Positions 24,965-37,497 of a stretch of DNA of 64,000 nt are shown here, piece after piece. Position 1 is the first letter of the stretch. Every line of letters starts with the position of its first letter. This DNA is from the human T2T-CHM13v2.0 reference genome, Homo sapiens: NCBI RefSeq assembly GCF_009914755.1, contig NC_060929.1; one strand, given 5' to 3'. The position numbers were made by a program, and so were the translations under genes. The notes under the pieces are model-generated. The model ran no database searches. It worked only from the letters and a program-made list of their open reading frames with translations, and had not been told where the DNA came from.

Positions 24965-25449
24965 TCTATTTTCATTTTCTAAAACTGCATAACAAATTCC
25001 CATAAAGTTAAAGGCTTAAAATGACTCTCATTTATTAGCTCATAGTTCTATAGAAAATCCAACATGACTTGACTGGGCTCTCTGCTAAGGACTGAAATTG
25101 GCCAGGCTGAGTGCTCATATGGAGGCTCTAGGGGAAAACCTGCTTCCAAGCTCATTCTTGCTGGCAGAATTTAGATGTCTCAAGTTGAAGGACTGAGGTC
25201 CCCGTTTCCTTGCTGACTGTTAGCTGGACCAATGTTCACTTCCTAGAGTCAGCCTCAGTCCTAACAAATTGCAACTCCCTCCAGTAAGGCCCATCCAGAT
25301 AGTCGCCCTTTCTTAAAGTCAGCTGTGACATATAACACTCTAATCAAGGGAGAAAAAAACCACCAAATTAACAATGCTAGAGATTGTGAAGAGCGTGTAC
25401 ACAGAGATAGGGGCGATGTGGGAGCTATTTTAGAATTCTACCTACCACA
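24965..25449 (-). mobile_element. MLT1E-like MaLR LTR
   Basis: ggaggctctaggggaaaacctgcttccaagctcatt...ggactgaggtccccgtttccttgctg...tagaattctacctaccaca. Confidence 0.8.
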
Positions 25450-26071
25450 ACGTCCCATGAGACTCCAGTCGAAAAATAAAAGTTCCGATACTTGTACATA
25501 TCTGTAAGCATACATCAAAGTGAAATTAGTTTTCCTTTCTGATTTTTTAAAAATTTCATTTATGAATCTCAAAAAGTAATCTTCATACAGAAATGATTCT
25601 ATAGCCCAAGATTTGTAGCTGAGTACTATGATCATTCCATAAATAAAAACGATAAACTATCAGAGGGCAGAAAAGCTTCATGGGCATAAGATCTCAAATA
25701 ATAATTTCACTTCTAAGGCTAACATCACTCTTCTTTCAGCCAAAAATTTCTCACCTTCTACATCATAATCCCTACATGGATTACGATAGTTGTGTGCATT
25801 AAGCTAGAAGTTTGCAAGAGTGACTATTTGTGAGGGTAAGAATATTAAAAATATTTAGAAACTGAAATCTCTTCCTGTTTTTCTGGAAAAATAAACATTT
25901 TGGGAGTTGCAAAAAATGTTCTATTATGGGGAATGCTAATATATTGGGTAAAGAGAATCTATTACTTCCCAAAAAATACAAACTTGTAATAGAGAGGACA
26001 CTAAAAGTGAGTGCTTTTAAAATTGTGACTATCATTAACAGTTAAAGTCTAAATTCAAGGATAAACCAATG

Positions 26072-26846
26072 TGAAACTGCCTTTGCAAAATTATAACAGT
26101 GAGAGAAATCTAACATAGCTGACTCCATCTTTGCTCATTCTTGCTCACAGGCCAAGCTAACTGTGGGAGGAATTTAGCTTATAATTTAACTTTAAAACAA
26201 AGATGATAACAGCCCTTCCCAAAACTAACACCCTCCTCACTCAGGAACCAGAACGGCCTGTATAGCATTAATGAAAGGCCATAAGGCTGGAATTGTGGCA
26301 AAGGCCTGAATTCGGATAAGACCTAGGCATAGTTAAATAATAACTAGTCAGTGTCTCCTAATGTACTTACTGCTCAGGAGTCATGTAGCCAGACGTCACA
26401 AGATTTGTAACTTCCCTAATCACCCCTATAAATAGCATCACTATTTTAAAAACCTAACACTGGCGTTTCAGATACTTTTCAAAGTCTGCATTCTGGTGGA
26501 CCAATTGATGCCAACCAGACTCAGGACCCACACAAAAGAACGGACTCAACTGGTTCTGTGATCCCTACTCAGAAACTGACTCAGCACCTTAAGACAGCTT
26601 CAACACCCCTAAAATTTCATCCCCAATCAATCAGCAGCTCCCATTCCCTAGCCCCTTGCCCATCAAATTGCCCTTAAAAACCCTAGCCTCTGGTTCTTGG
26701 GGAGGCAGATTTCAGAATTATATCCAGTCACCCTTGTGCAGCCTCCCTGTGAATATTAAACTCTTTCTCTGCTGCAACACCTACTTTCCTCAGTGTATTG
26801 GCATTTTCTGGGCAGTGGGCAAGAAGAACCCAGTTAGATGATAACA
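26072..26846 (+). mobile_element. LTR8-family (LTR8A/8B-like) ERV1 solo LTR
   Basis: tgaaactgcctttgcaaaattataacagtgagagaaatct...gggcaagaagaacccagttagatgataaca; perfect 4-bp TSD AATG (26068-26071 and 26847-26850). Confidence 0.88.
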
Positions 26847-27634
26847 AATGTATTAAGGATCTTCTTATCCAGGTATTATTAAAATTGTATCTCTTTTCTA
26901 AAATACAGGTCAGACAAAATAAATCATATAGCTACCTTATTTTTTACATTATAATCTAGCTAGTATTTGATGTCTAACATTAAACATATTTTATTAATTT
27001 ATTTCAGAATTTAGACTGCTCCTAATACATTTTAGGTATTTAAAGGTAGTTTTGTAACTTAACTGAATTGAAAAGTTTTCTTAATGGTAATATAGTATAA
27101 GGCCATAAAGAAACATAAAATATTATAATAAAATATTACGCACATATATATTTCTTCACCAATAAAATCATCAAAATACTTCTGAATATAAAATATAGAA
27201 TTTTTGCTGTGGTTACTCAGATTCTATTCAAAAAATCAGGTAATCAGCGTATATAAGCATTAAATTAAAAAAGAATGTATTTATAGAAGGAGAAAAAGAT
27301 TAAAAGCAAGAAAACAGTGTACAAATCAATTCAAGATTATAAGAATTTGCTGCAAGGTTGTTTTGATTTCAGGATGAACTTTAAAACCAAGGCTTTATCT
27401 CAGTTGCCATGGTAAGTCAGTTTTTCTGTGCTGACATTGGTTTGCAATCTATGTCTTTCTGATTAACATTCTTGCTGCTAATATAAAAGAAGTCCAAAAA
27501 ATTAACTTTTTGGAGTGAGAAAGAAAACTATTATTAGATGTCTCTAAATTGACTAGGATAAATTATACTTATTTTCTTCTCCAGGAATAAAACTTAACCC
27601 AATCAACTGGCTGCCAGCTCCCAACTTTCCAGTC

Positions 27635-27840
27635 TGTTTCAGTTAGCTTTGCTGCAAAAAAGCCATCCCAAAACTCAATCATGTAAAAAATAAACCATTT
27701 TATTCTTGTGTATCGTGTGGGTCAGACAGCATATGGTGGCCATAACTTGTCTCTTCGCAATGTCTGGGGACTCAGCTGGGAAAACACAAATGACAGAGAA
27801 TGACTCATACCACTATGGGAGGGAATCATCTGGAAGCTTC
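27635..27840 (-). mobile_element. MLT1H-like MaLR LTR fragment
   Basis: tcagttagctttgctgc...ccatcccaaaactca...ctcagctgggaa...ggaatcatctggaagcttc. Confidence 0.6.
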
Positions 27841-28949
27841 TTGGTTTTCTTACCTGAAAAATTAAGCATTTGATCATGAATAAACTATGAATTCCCTTCT
27901 AATACTAGAAGTTTTTATTAAGGGGTTTTTCCTCTCTTACTGTCTGCTTTTTTGTTGTTACTGTTAATTGTTTGCTTCTTCGTTACTATTTTTATATAGC
28001 TTTACATATGGAAAGCTGGTAAGTTGAAACCATATTCTGAAATGAGTTCACCAACAGAAATGATGGTAGATGGAGATAGTCCCCAAGCTATCCTTATTTA
28101 ATCCAGCTGTATGGTATTGCATTTCAGCTATTTTATGAGTTTGATGGTTTGTCCTAGTTCTTCCTTTTGGGGGTAGAGTGTGGAGGGGCATTCGTGGATT
28201 AAATTGAGAACCTACCCACAATTAGTAATATATGTCTTTGAGTAAATGTGCTTAAAGACAAAAATTGGGACACATGAAGCATGCAACCCAACTTCACAAT
28301 CCCCAGACATACCTGCAGTGAGATTAGAAATCAGGTAAATTACATTTTTCTCTTGAAACAAGCAGAAAATGCTGGCTAACCAGTCAAAAGGAAAATCCTC
28401 ATCCAAAAAGCCTTACTAGGAACCTAGTCCAAAGAAAGATAATTTTTAATCTCCAATAACTATTCCCCACCTCTGGCATGGCTGCTATTCGTGGGCAACC
28501 TGGCAAGTATGTGTACCTTTGGAAAATTAGGACTGTCCTATTGCCCATCACCACTGCAGACTGCCACTGACCAACTGCATGAACTTCCCTGCACATAATT
28601 AGGACAGTCCAGCTGCTGCCAAGTCTCTTTAGAGTCTGAAACACCAGTTAGAAATCACAATTGTGCCTTAAAATTTGAGTTTCTAGGAAAGAAGAGGTGG
28701 TGGTAGATGAAATGATGGTATATTTGGAGTTAATAAACCTATTCATGTATTTTCATTGCACTTGTAACCATAGACAGAGAGGCTGAATTGTACAAGACTG
28801 GACAAACAAAAATCATCTTGAGTTTCACAGATATAATAGGAAATGTGGTAACTTTACAGCAGGGAGCCAAGTAAAAGGCAGCCACAATTCTATTCACAAT
28901 CTAAGGTAAGTGAGCCTTGGCTGTCAGAGTTAAGAGTTAATTTCTCAGG

Positions 28950-29055
28950 AAGTGGTATGGGGTGCTGTCTACCTTGGACTCCACCATATCCCTAGAACCT
29001 AGCTCGGTGCTCGGTACCCAGAGGATGCTCAATACATTTTTGTTGAATTGGGTGG
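28950..29055 (+). mobile_element. L2 3' terminus
   Basis: tatccctagaacctagctcggtgctcggtacccagaggatgctcaatacatttttgttgaat. Confidence 0.7.
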
Positions 29056-29934
29056 ACTTAAAAGGCAATGAAATGTATGCAGATCAGGGACATGGGAGAA
29101 CTGAATTCTAAACTTAGCTATGCCAAAGTTTTTGAGGCTTTTTGTTAGTTTATCTATAAAATCATAAATGTGGAGTGGGGCTTTCCAATATATCTTTTAG
29201 TGCTAACTCATCTGACTCTGTGATTGCCGTATCTTTGAATTTTGGTCACAATTTGAGGGAAATTAAAGTACTGAAGATGATCCTCAATCCAATCACTCAG
29301 ATTTCACAAAATTTAAGACAACCTAAGCTTGAGTCATGTGGGAGGAATGGCTACCATGAGCACTCTGTCACCATTCCCCATCACACACACTTGTACAAAC
29401 TTAGCCTGCAAACTGGGTAAACCCAAAGGCCCTCCCTCTCTAGAGAAAGACATCAATGCTCTCCTTGCTGTTTTCAAAAGAAAACTGTGAGGTATATTTG
29501 TATTATTTCTTAAAATTCCTCCTTATAAGGGTAAATTTTTGCCAACACCATGAGAAACCCTGGGAGAAATCATCTAACCATCCAGTAGAACAGAGCCAGT
29601 TATTCTAGGCAAGCATAACCCTTAATTCTGCCTACCTTCCTGGTGAAATAGTTCCTTGGTCACCATTTATCTATCATTTATGCTTTCACCTCAGCATTAA
29701 TATTAAAGTATAAAATATAAAGTATAAAGCAAGGTATCCTGTTATAATGTAAAATCACTATATCAGTATCTGACCTGTTTCTTGAATAGCAGTTGCATAT
29801 ATAATTTTTAAAATAAAATTATAGTGCTATGAAAACCACTGATGCATATCGAGTGTGTGGGCAATGTTGCATCAATGAACAAGAGAGTCAGAGACAATTT
29901 TCTGTACATCAAAATGTATATTGTCCTTCATACA

Positions 29935-30322
29935 TTGTGAAGTTGCCACTGCAATGTGCCGACCCAGTGGGAACTATGTTTTCCCACCCTCTCTTACACT
30001 CAGGTGGCCATGTGAGTGGCTCTCATCTATGGAATATGAGTCCAAGTGCTATGTGTCACTTTTGGACAAGAGTTTCTAAGAAGTGAGTTTGCCTTCTCTG
30101 CCCTCTCGTATCCTCTTTAGCAGATAAATGCACAGGACACTGAGGGTTTAGAGATTACTAGTCCACAATATGAAAGAAATCTGGGTCTCTAAGTCACTGC
30201 AGGAGCATTTACACTACTGATTTGTTACACATTGAGATTCAACATCTATTCAACATCTATTATGTTTAGTCCTTGATATCTTAAGGTTTATTTGTTACAG
30301 CAGCTGGTACTACCCTAATAGA
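29935..30322 (+). mobile_element. MLT1J-like MaLR LTR
   Basis: ggccatgtgagtgg...ggaatatgagtccaagtg...tgtgtcactt...tttgttacagcagc...ctaata. Confidence 0.65.
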
Positions 30323-30344
30323 CTAAAAAAGTGAATATAATTGC

Positions 30345-30490
30345 CTAGTCTCAATTTCCTCCCAGTGATGCAGAGACAATAGAAGCCACCTCAGAATACT
30401 GTTGTGAGAGTAAATGAGATAAGAAATACACACATAAGCAGTCAGTCTGGCTCTTGATGTTCTACAGGTACTCGTTAAATAATAAGTACA
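30345..30490 (-). mobile_element. MIR SINE remnant
   Basis: gtctcaatttcctc...acctcagaatactgttgtgagagtaaatgagataa. Confidence 0.6.
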
Positions 30491-32342
30491 ATGTCACTTG
30501 TACCTTAATTTTCCATCACTCCTCCCATCTAGGTGTAATGGTAATCCTTCAAAAAAGATTATAATTAATTTTGTAAAATAATAATAATGTTTAATTGCTG
30601 TGTTTGATCCCTTATCCCTTTCTTTTTGGACATTAGGAGAAAATGTTAATTGAATACAGCAGACCACCATTCACACATCCCCCCACCACACACAAACATG
30701 AACACACAAACAACAAAAACATAAAACCTTCCTTTCCGGCCAATAGTGTTTGCAACTGCCACAGGTCTGATTTGAAAGTGAGAGTGGAAGGATTAGAAAA
30801 AATAAACAACAGAATGCTCACACCTAATAACTCTTATTATTAGTTTCCCTCTCATTATTGCCACTCGAGGACACTTCAGCCTAAGGCTTCAGAATAAAAC
30901 ACACACACAAGCAAAAAACACACACAAAAAATAAAATTGCACACCACCACCAACAACTAAGGATTGTTTCCTTGTTTTGATCTTGATTGCTATAACTGCA
31001 TCCATCTGTCTCAGCAGCTTCAATCAAGATAATGAATTTTGTGGAAAAATTGTTAAAATATAAATTCCTATGCTATTTTGAGAGAATGTATGCCCATGTA
31101 GAGTACTTATGAATTTTAAACTTATGCTGATTGCAAATTTCTCTTGCACTGTATGACCATTAGGATACATGTAATTTAGTTTTTAAATTGTTTTTTAAAA
31201 GTCCATTTTGTACCCAGGCAATACAGTCTCATAGATTAGCTGAAACACTGGGCATTGTCTTGTCAGTTCTTTGCTCAGTTTACACCACACCTGGAAGTCA
31301 ACTGTCCCCTGCAGAGTTGGGTCATCCCCATAGGCATAATGGATTTGTCTGCTGTGATCAAGTCCCAAACATGTTTGGTCAGTCAAACTAAAACAGAAAG
31401 ACAGTCTGTAAATTATGCACAGTGCTGATGCTTATGAGGCATTTTAGTTTTTTAAAAATTATGTGCTATTTTAATCTTGACTATGATATAAATAATACTA
31501 AATAATTTAGAAAGTATAAAAAAGAAAATTTCCCACTTCAATATTCAAAACCAACTACTGTCAGCAGGTTTGCATTATTCCTCACTACGTGTGTTTTGTC
31601 CAGACTATGTGCCACTTTTTACACTGTGACATATAAAGTCATAATTAGGTGTTCTCCAAAGATCACCTTAGCGGATGGTTTACAATTATTAGAAGAGTAA
31701 GAAATTTACTTTCCAGAGCCACTCTGTGTGCCACTAGCAGAACTGGTATTATAGAGCTCATGCTGTGTGGCTGAGGGTTTTTCTTTAAAAATAAATAAAT
31801 AAATAAAACCCTTGCAATAAATATGTTGTATGTTCAGGCCCAGGAGCATGCTGGGTGAGGTCAATTTCTCAGGCTTTTCTCCCCATGGAAAACTACCAGA
31901 TACCATCCCCAATGGAGTTACTGAAAAAGCCCATGTTTATATCCTCTCCCCAGACATCTTCCAAATGTTTGTGTGTGAAAGAAAATTTCCCAGCACAATT
32001 CTGCTTGTTTTCAGGTTCTGTCCTGATAAACAGAAGAAAATGATGCCTGTAACAATAACAAATGCCAGAGAAGGAGAAAAATTTTTGTCCCAAAGTCTCA
32101 GACTATGGTAGGTGATATCTTTGAAGGAACAGAGAGAGAACTCCTGGGAGTAGAAACTTAGGAACTTTCTGGATCATGTGGCAAGCCATTTATAACTAGG
32201 GGCATTGACTGAAAACCACTTAAAATATGTAAAATAAAACAGTATTAAAATCAAATCTTAAGTGATCACATTGTATAAGATTAATGAAATAATTGGGGGA
32301 AATCATTTGGGTAAAAAGAAGTTAAAAATTGAAGAACCCATG

Positions 32343-32731
32343 TATATCACTTTCCTGGGATGGCTGTAACAAAGTACCACAAACTGGGTGACTTAAATAA
32401 CAGCAATTTATTGCCTTGGTTCTGGAGGCTGGAAATCAACACGTCGGCAGGGTTGGTTATTTCTGAGGGCTTTGAGGGAGAATCTGTTCCGAATAGTCCC
32501 GTCTCCCAGCTTCTGTCAACCTCAAGTTGGATTGTAGATGGCATTTTCCCTGTGTCGTCATGTCCTCTTCCTCTCCGTGTGTCTGTCTCTGTGTCTAAAT
32601 TTCCCCGTTCCTTAAAGGTCAAAATCACACTGGATGAGGGCTAACTCTAATGACTTCATCGTAACTTGACTTTCTGCAAAGACCCTATTTCCAAATAAGG
32701 TCACATTCACAGACACTGGGGGGTTAGGACC
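32343..32731 (-). mobile_element. MLT1B/C-like MaLR LTR
   Basis: gctgtaacaaagtaccacaaactgggtgacttaaa...ctgcaaagaccctatttccaaataaggtcacattc...ggggttaggac. Confidence 0.85.
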
Positions 32732-33841
32732 ATTTTTACACCTTTGAAAATCAGTAAAATAAAGTATATGCCTATGGCATTTTAATACCTGTTTTAAAAT
32801 ACTGTGCTATATCACACAACTAGCACACTGTCTATATCAGGTTTTTTATAATAATAATAACCAAAACCAATAAAAAGTCCCCAGAGGAACTTTAGGGGCA
32901 TTAACCTAAGACATTTTCTGCTATTTTTATGTACTAGTTTCACCATCTATAAGACATGTTTGTTGACAATTATTAACTCAGAAAATTACACATATAACTT
33001 ACAATAAAAGAGGTTTTTCTTTCCTTTCCTTTTAGTCAGTAAGCTGAATTTTTAGATTTTCTCTTTTTTTATGGATCAACTGGCAGCAATTTCTATATAG
33101 AGCTTTTTAAAATTCAGGGTCTATCTGCTGTCTTTATCTCAGCAATTATTTTACTAACACAAAGAAGTGAATTGCCAAGTGGTTTTAATTCTATTCTTGG
33201 ATCTGGATGAACAGCACTATTCTATAAAGGCATTTTGATTTTGGCTTAGGACACACAATCTTGGAATGTGGCAGTCAATGTCACTGGTGCTCCAGAGATC
33301 TCAAACAGCACCTTTTACAACTTCTTCATTTTGCAGACCACTTGAACCCCCCATAAGAACCTAAGTCCCCACAAGAACATCAGGATTTAGAAAAGTCCTG
33401 AGATCTCTCTTCTACAAGACATGGAAAGCACATGTCAGCTGGGAGCAAGGAACTAAAATTTGCTGACATCATATACTCTGCCTAAAATCTAGAACTTCAT
33501 ACACTCTTCTCAGTTTATGTCAGAATAGGCTGTCAGACCCAAAGCAAAGTACAATTTTATGATTCGCCTTTATAAAGGTTCTGTGTTGTTTTTTTTTTAA
33601 ACAACTTGTCTGAATGAACTTGCATCTTTCAAAGCTGGAATTATCTCAACTTTCTCATGAGCGGTAAGTTGTCAGAAAAAAATCACAAATCTTTTTTTGA
33701 TGGGCTTGACAATTCTATTACTATTTTCCATGGGCTTTGCTGTTATTATGATATGATACAGGTGCAGGTACACATAGATATTTATGTGCATACAAGCCTC
33801 AACCAAGAAGAAGAAGAGATGGGATGGAAGGGAAGGGGAAG

Positions 33842-34456
33842 TGTGATGAGTAAAATTCTGAGAAGGTGGTCAAGATGTCCAGACTGGTGCATACTCTCGT
33901 GTAATCTCTTCTTCTGGAGTATGGGCAGGACCCACAAATGTGAAAGGATATCATTTTCATAATTAGGTTACTTTGTAAGGCAAAAGTGAAGATAATTTTG
34001 CAGAAGTAAATGAAATCCCTAATCTGTTGACTTTGACCAAATCAAAGGGAAGATTATTCTGGATGCCCCACCCTCAATATTTGAAGTACTAGACAGCTTC
34101 TCCTGCTGGCTTTGAAGGAGCAACTATTCTGTTGTACAGAGGGTCTGTGGCAGGAAATGGAGAGTGGCTGTTAGGAGCTAAAAATGACCCCCAGCCAACT
34201 GCCAGCACGAGAAGGGAGCCATCAGTTCTACAAATGTGAGGAAAGGATTTCTGCCAGCAAACTAAGAGCATAGAGAAAGACTCTGGGCCTGAGATCACAC
34301 TGACCCCCATGCCAACACTTTGATTTTGACCTGGGAAACCCTGACCTGAGGACTCAGCTAATCTGTGGCTGTGATTTCCTGATCCCTGGAAACTGAAATA
34401 CTAAATGTATGTTATTTGAAGCCCTTCAGTTTATGTGGCAATAAACAAGGAATACA
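33842..34456 (+). mobile_element. MLT1E-like MaLR LTR
   Basis: attttgcagaagtaaatgaaatccctaatctgttgactttga...ctgctggctttgaagga...ctgaggactcagctaa...aataca. Confidence 0.75.
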
Positions 34457-35339
34457 GGAAGTCTTAGAGGAGAAAGATCCTGGAGAAGAATGGAAGGAAA
34501 ATTCATTCAACAGATGAGGTTCACCTTTCTCATCCACTCTGTTTTAAGATTTCCCATTGTTTGGCAAACAATACTGACTGGGTCAGGAGGAACACACTTG
34601 GGTATCTGGAAATATGTTAGTATCTCTCTCCTTTTGTTCCAATGGCACTTTTTTTACAATGATGAATGTTACTATGGCAACATCACAAGATTCCAAATGA
34701 TGTTTCTGATTCGTTGAAATAGTGAATTAAGGCATGTAGTGAGCAATGCTTAGGTTCAGTGAATGCTCCAGTCACTGGCTGCAATAAATCTGCCTCCATT
34801 GCTCCACCTGCTACCTAAAAACCTGTTGGTAAAAACTTCAAAATAGATGCAATAGTTTTTACACGTATAAAAGAGTCATATCCACCATAAGAAGTACAAC
34901 TGTCTATATTACAGATACCTAATTACAATCACTGAAATAATTCTTCTTTAAGCTATCTTAAAACTTAACTCCAGTGAAACAGTTTCAATTATCTTTAGTT
35001 GACTATCAATACAGCAGCAAGAAAAGTCATTCAGGTATTTAGTCTTTAGCTTATTGTTTCCATTACACAACTGAGCACTTCTGTTAGGAGACTTATTTTA
35101 GCAAAACTAAAAAAATTGACTGAATCTAAAGGTTTTAAAAAGCTAAACAGAGCTCCCAAACAAGTGAGGTGTCATTTTGACAGACACCTGATCACAATTA
35201 AATAAGGACTTGATCCTTAAAATATTCCTAACCATTAGATTAAAAAGGAAGAACAATGCAGTAAAACCTCTGAGAGGCTTCTCATAACCTCTGAGTGCAC
35301 ATGTCATGATTTCTGGGAAAGCCATACATGTCCCCAGGC

Positions 35340-35955
35340 CCAGAGGGTGAACTGTAATCAGTCTAAGCCAGCAGTTAATCAGTCTTTACCTCAGCTGCAT
35401 CTCTTGGAGAGCTCATTAACAACAGCTTGCAAAGCCCAGCTCCAAGAGTTTCTGACACAATAGGCTTGAGATGTAGTCTGAGAGCATGCATGTTTAACAA
35501 GTTCCTGGGTGATACTGATGGTACTGGCCCAGGGACTCAAATCTGAGAACCATTCCAACGATTTTTCCACCCAGTAAGTGATTCATTTAAATTGAGGCCT
35601 CTGATTCCTCTGAGCATTAAGGTGGCAAAGCACATCTTTCCAAATATTCAGAAAGATTTTCCAGGATGAGAACTGAGACATATGGCAGATTTCCTTTCTT
35701 TCTTGCTTCTGAACTTTGTGGACTTCATTTGATGCCCAGAACTTGGGCGTTTATCTATGGAAGAGTCAGGTTAAAAGAACAATTCAACAGCAGGTTGGAG
35801 AGGTAGAAAGAACCTGGATCATGAAGCTGTTGAACTGCTGAGCTGACCATCCCTACAACAGTCTACCTCTGAACTTGTTATTGTATGTGATTTATTGGCT
35901 TCATGCCACTGTTGATTCAGTTTTCTGTTACTCAGAGTCTAAATCTCCATAACAG
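35340..35955 (+). mobile_element. Old MLT1 (L/M-type) MaLR LTR remnant
   Basis: atcagtctaagcca...gaaagaacctggatc...gttgaactgctga...tacctctgaactt...ttttctgttact. Confidence 0.5.
35385..35555. mobile_element. MER5A MITE
   Basis: ccaagagtttctgacacaataggcttgag...tgcatgtttaacaagttcctgggtgatactgatg...tgagaacca. Confidence 0.75.
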
Positions 35956-36348
35956 AATCATCAAAAATTAGAATAATCTGTCATTAAAGCGTTTGGATTA
36001 AATAAGAAAAAAGTCATCATTAATTAGAATTGTTTATTATAAGCCCCACACATTATTCATGTCCTGGGTCCTACTGCCTTAGATATTTAAATAATCAATC
36101 TCCTGTTGTGAAAACTGATCAAAATTCAAACACTATTTTGATGAATTATGAGAACTGAAGGAAAGAGTGGAACAAAATAAAATTATTAAAACGTACAACT
36201 AAACTTAGAAATATATTTCAAAATATTAGTATTCCAGACATTTCTGAGTATATGCATTACTGTCACTAGTGGGAAGGCTAAAATGAATTAACTTATTAAA
36301 ATTAAGGAATGTGACAGTTGGCTTGTAAAGAGTTTTTTATGTCATTTT

Positions 36349-36989
36349 ACTTTTATTCAAGGTTAATTAACTGTTTTATTCAGGTGATTCAGAGGCTTCA
36401 GGCAGCCTATTTTGCAGAAGATTTAGCACCTGAGTGTTTGCCTGCCCTGCCCTCTCAAGAACCTAATCCTGCCAATGGAACAGCAGAACTCATCCTTTAT
36501 GTCAAAATGGGTCTGGGCTTTCAGTTTCAAGTCCATGCTGGAGCTCCTGTTCTCATTAAGAATTCTTTGGGCTGTGTATTTCACAATGGGATATTTTGCT
36601 TTGTACATTTTGGTGAAGACCTCATCCTGAGGACTCCAGCTCCTCAGCCTAGTAACCCATAGAGTCATGGGTGAGTTTTGCAGGAACCAAGGACTTCTTA
36701 GGCTATCCCTGTGGTGGAGGTTTTCCAGGTCAAGGCATTGTAAGGGGGCTCCTCTTCCTTGAAACCCCTTTCCCAAAGTGACAGCAAACACCACATCCTT
36801 TGTTGAAATGCAGCTGTGGTGATCATTCTGCTCCCTGTTGCCATAGCACACAGCCACTGCCCAGCCCAGGCTGCCAACAGCTCTTGGGCCAGATCAGGCC
36901 AATGTCAGCTCCAGGCCAGCACCATGGCCAGCGCCAGCACGAGGCGGTGCATCCTGGGTAGCAGAGTCCTCAATGCTGCCTGGCACGCC
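36349..36989 (-). pseudogene. NENF: Processed pseudogene of neudesin neurotrophic factor (NENF, cytochrome b5-like heme/steroid-binding protein)
   Basis: Minus-strand translation KDVVFAVTLGKGFQGRGAP...[47 protein letters not shown] aligns to recalled NENF KGVVFDVTSGKEFYGRGAP...[47 protein letters not shown]; intronless; AATAAA (minus strand, 36375-36380); TSD AAAATGACA (36340-36348 and 36990-36998); frameshifted. Symbol is the parent gene; which NENF pseudogene this is cannot be determined. Confidence 0.93.
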
Positions 36990-37296
36990 TGTCATTTTGG
37001 CATCTCATTTGGAGCCTACTATGACAAGGCCTACCTTGCAATCCTAAGGCCCAGATATTTGTAAATGAAAATCCACCAGGAAATCAGTTTATTATTTTAA
37101 TTCATCCAAAGTATATCAACCCCACCTGTGGGAAAGACCCTAGAAAGTTTATCATGAATCCTCTACTATAGGAAAAACAACAGGAACTTCATCTTGAGTT
37201 CTGTTCTAGGTAGTTTGGTCACTGTAATGCTAAAAGAACTTCATTACCAAGCAGCTCAGGGGCTTTCCAGGAGGTTTAGACATACTAATTAGTGTT

Positions 37297-37438
37297 CCCT
37301 TCTTCCTTCCTTCCTTCCCTCCCTCCCTCCCTTCTTTCCTTTCTTTCCCTCCCTCCTTCCTTCCTTCCTTCCTTCCTTCCTTCCTTCCTTCCTTCCTTCC
37401 TTCCTTCCTTCCTTCCTTTCTTTCTTCCTTTCTTTCTT
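37297..37438. repeat. Polypyrimidine (CCTT/CCCT/CTTT)n tract with (TTCC)15, i.e. (GGAA)15 on minus
   Basis: 15 consecutive TTCC units at 37357-37416. Confidence 0.95.
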
Positions 37439-37497
37439 ATTTTTTGTGAAGAAAGTAGTTTAGTTATCCTGTCTAGAATTGTCAAAAATGATGTCAA

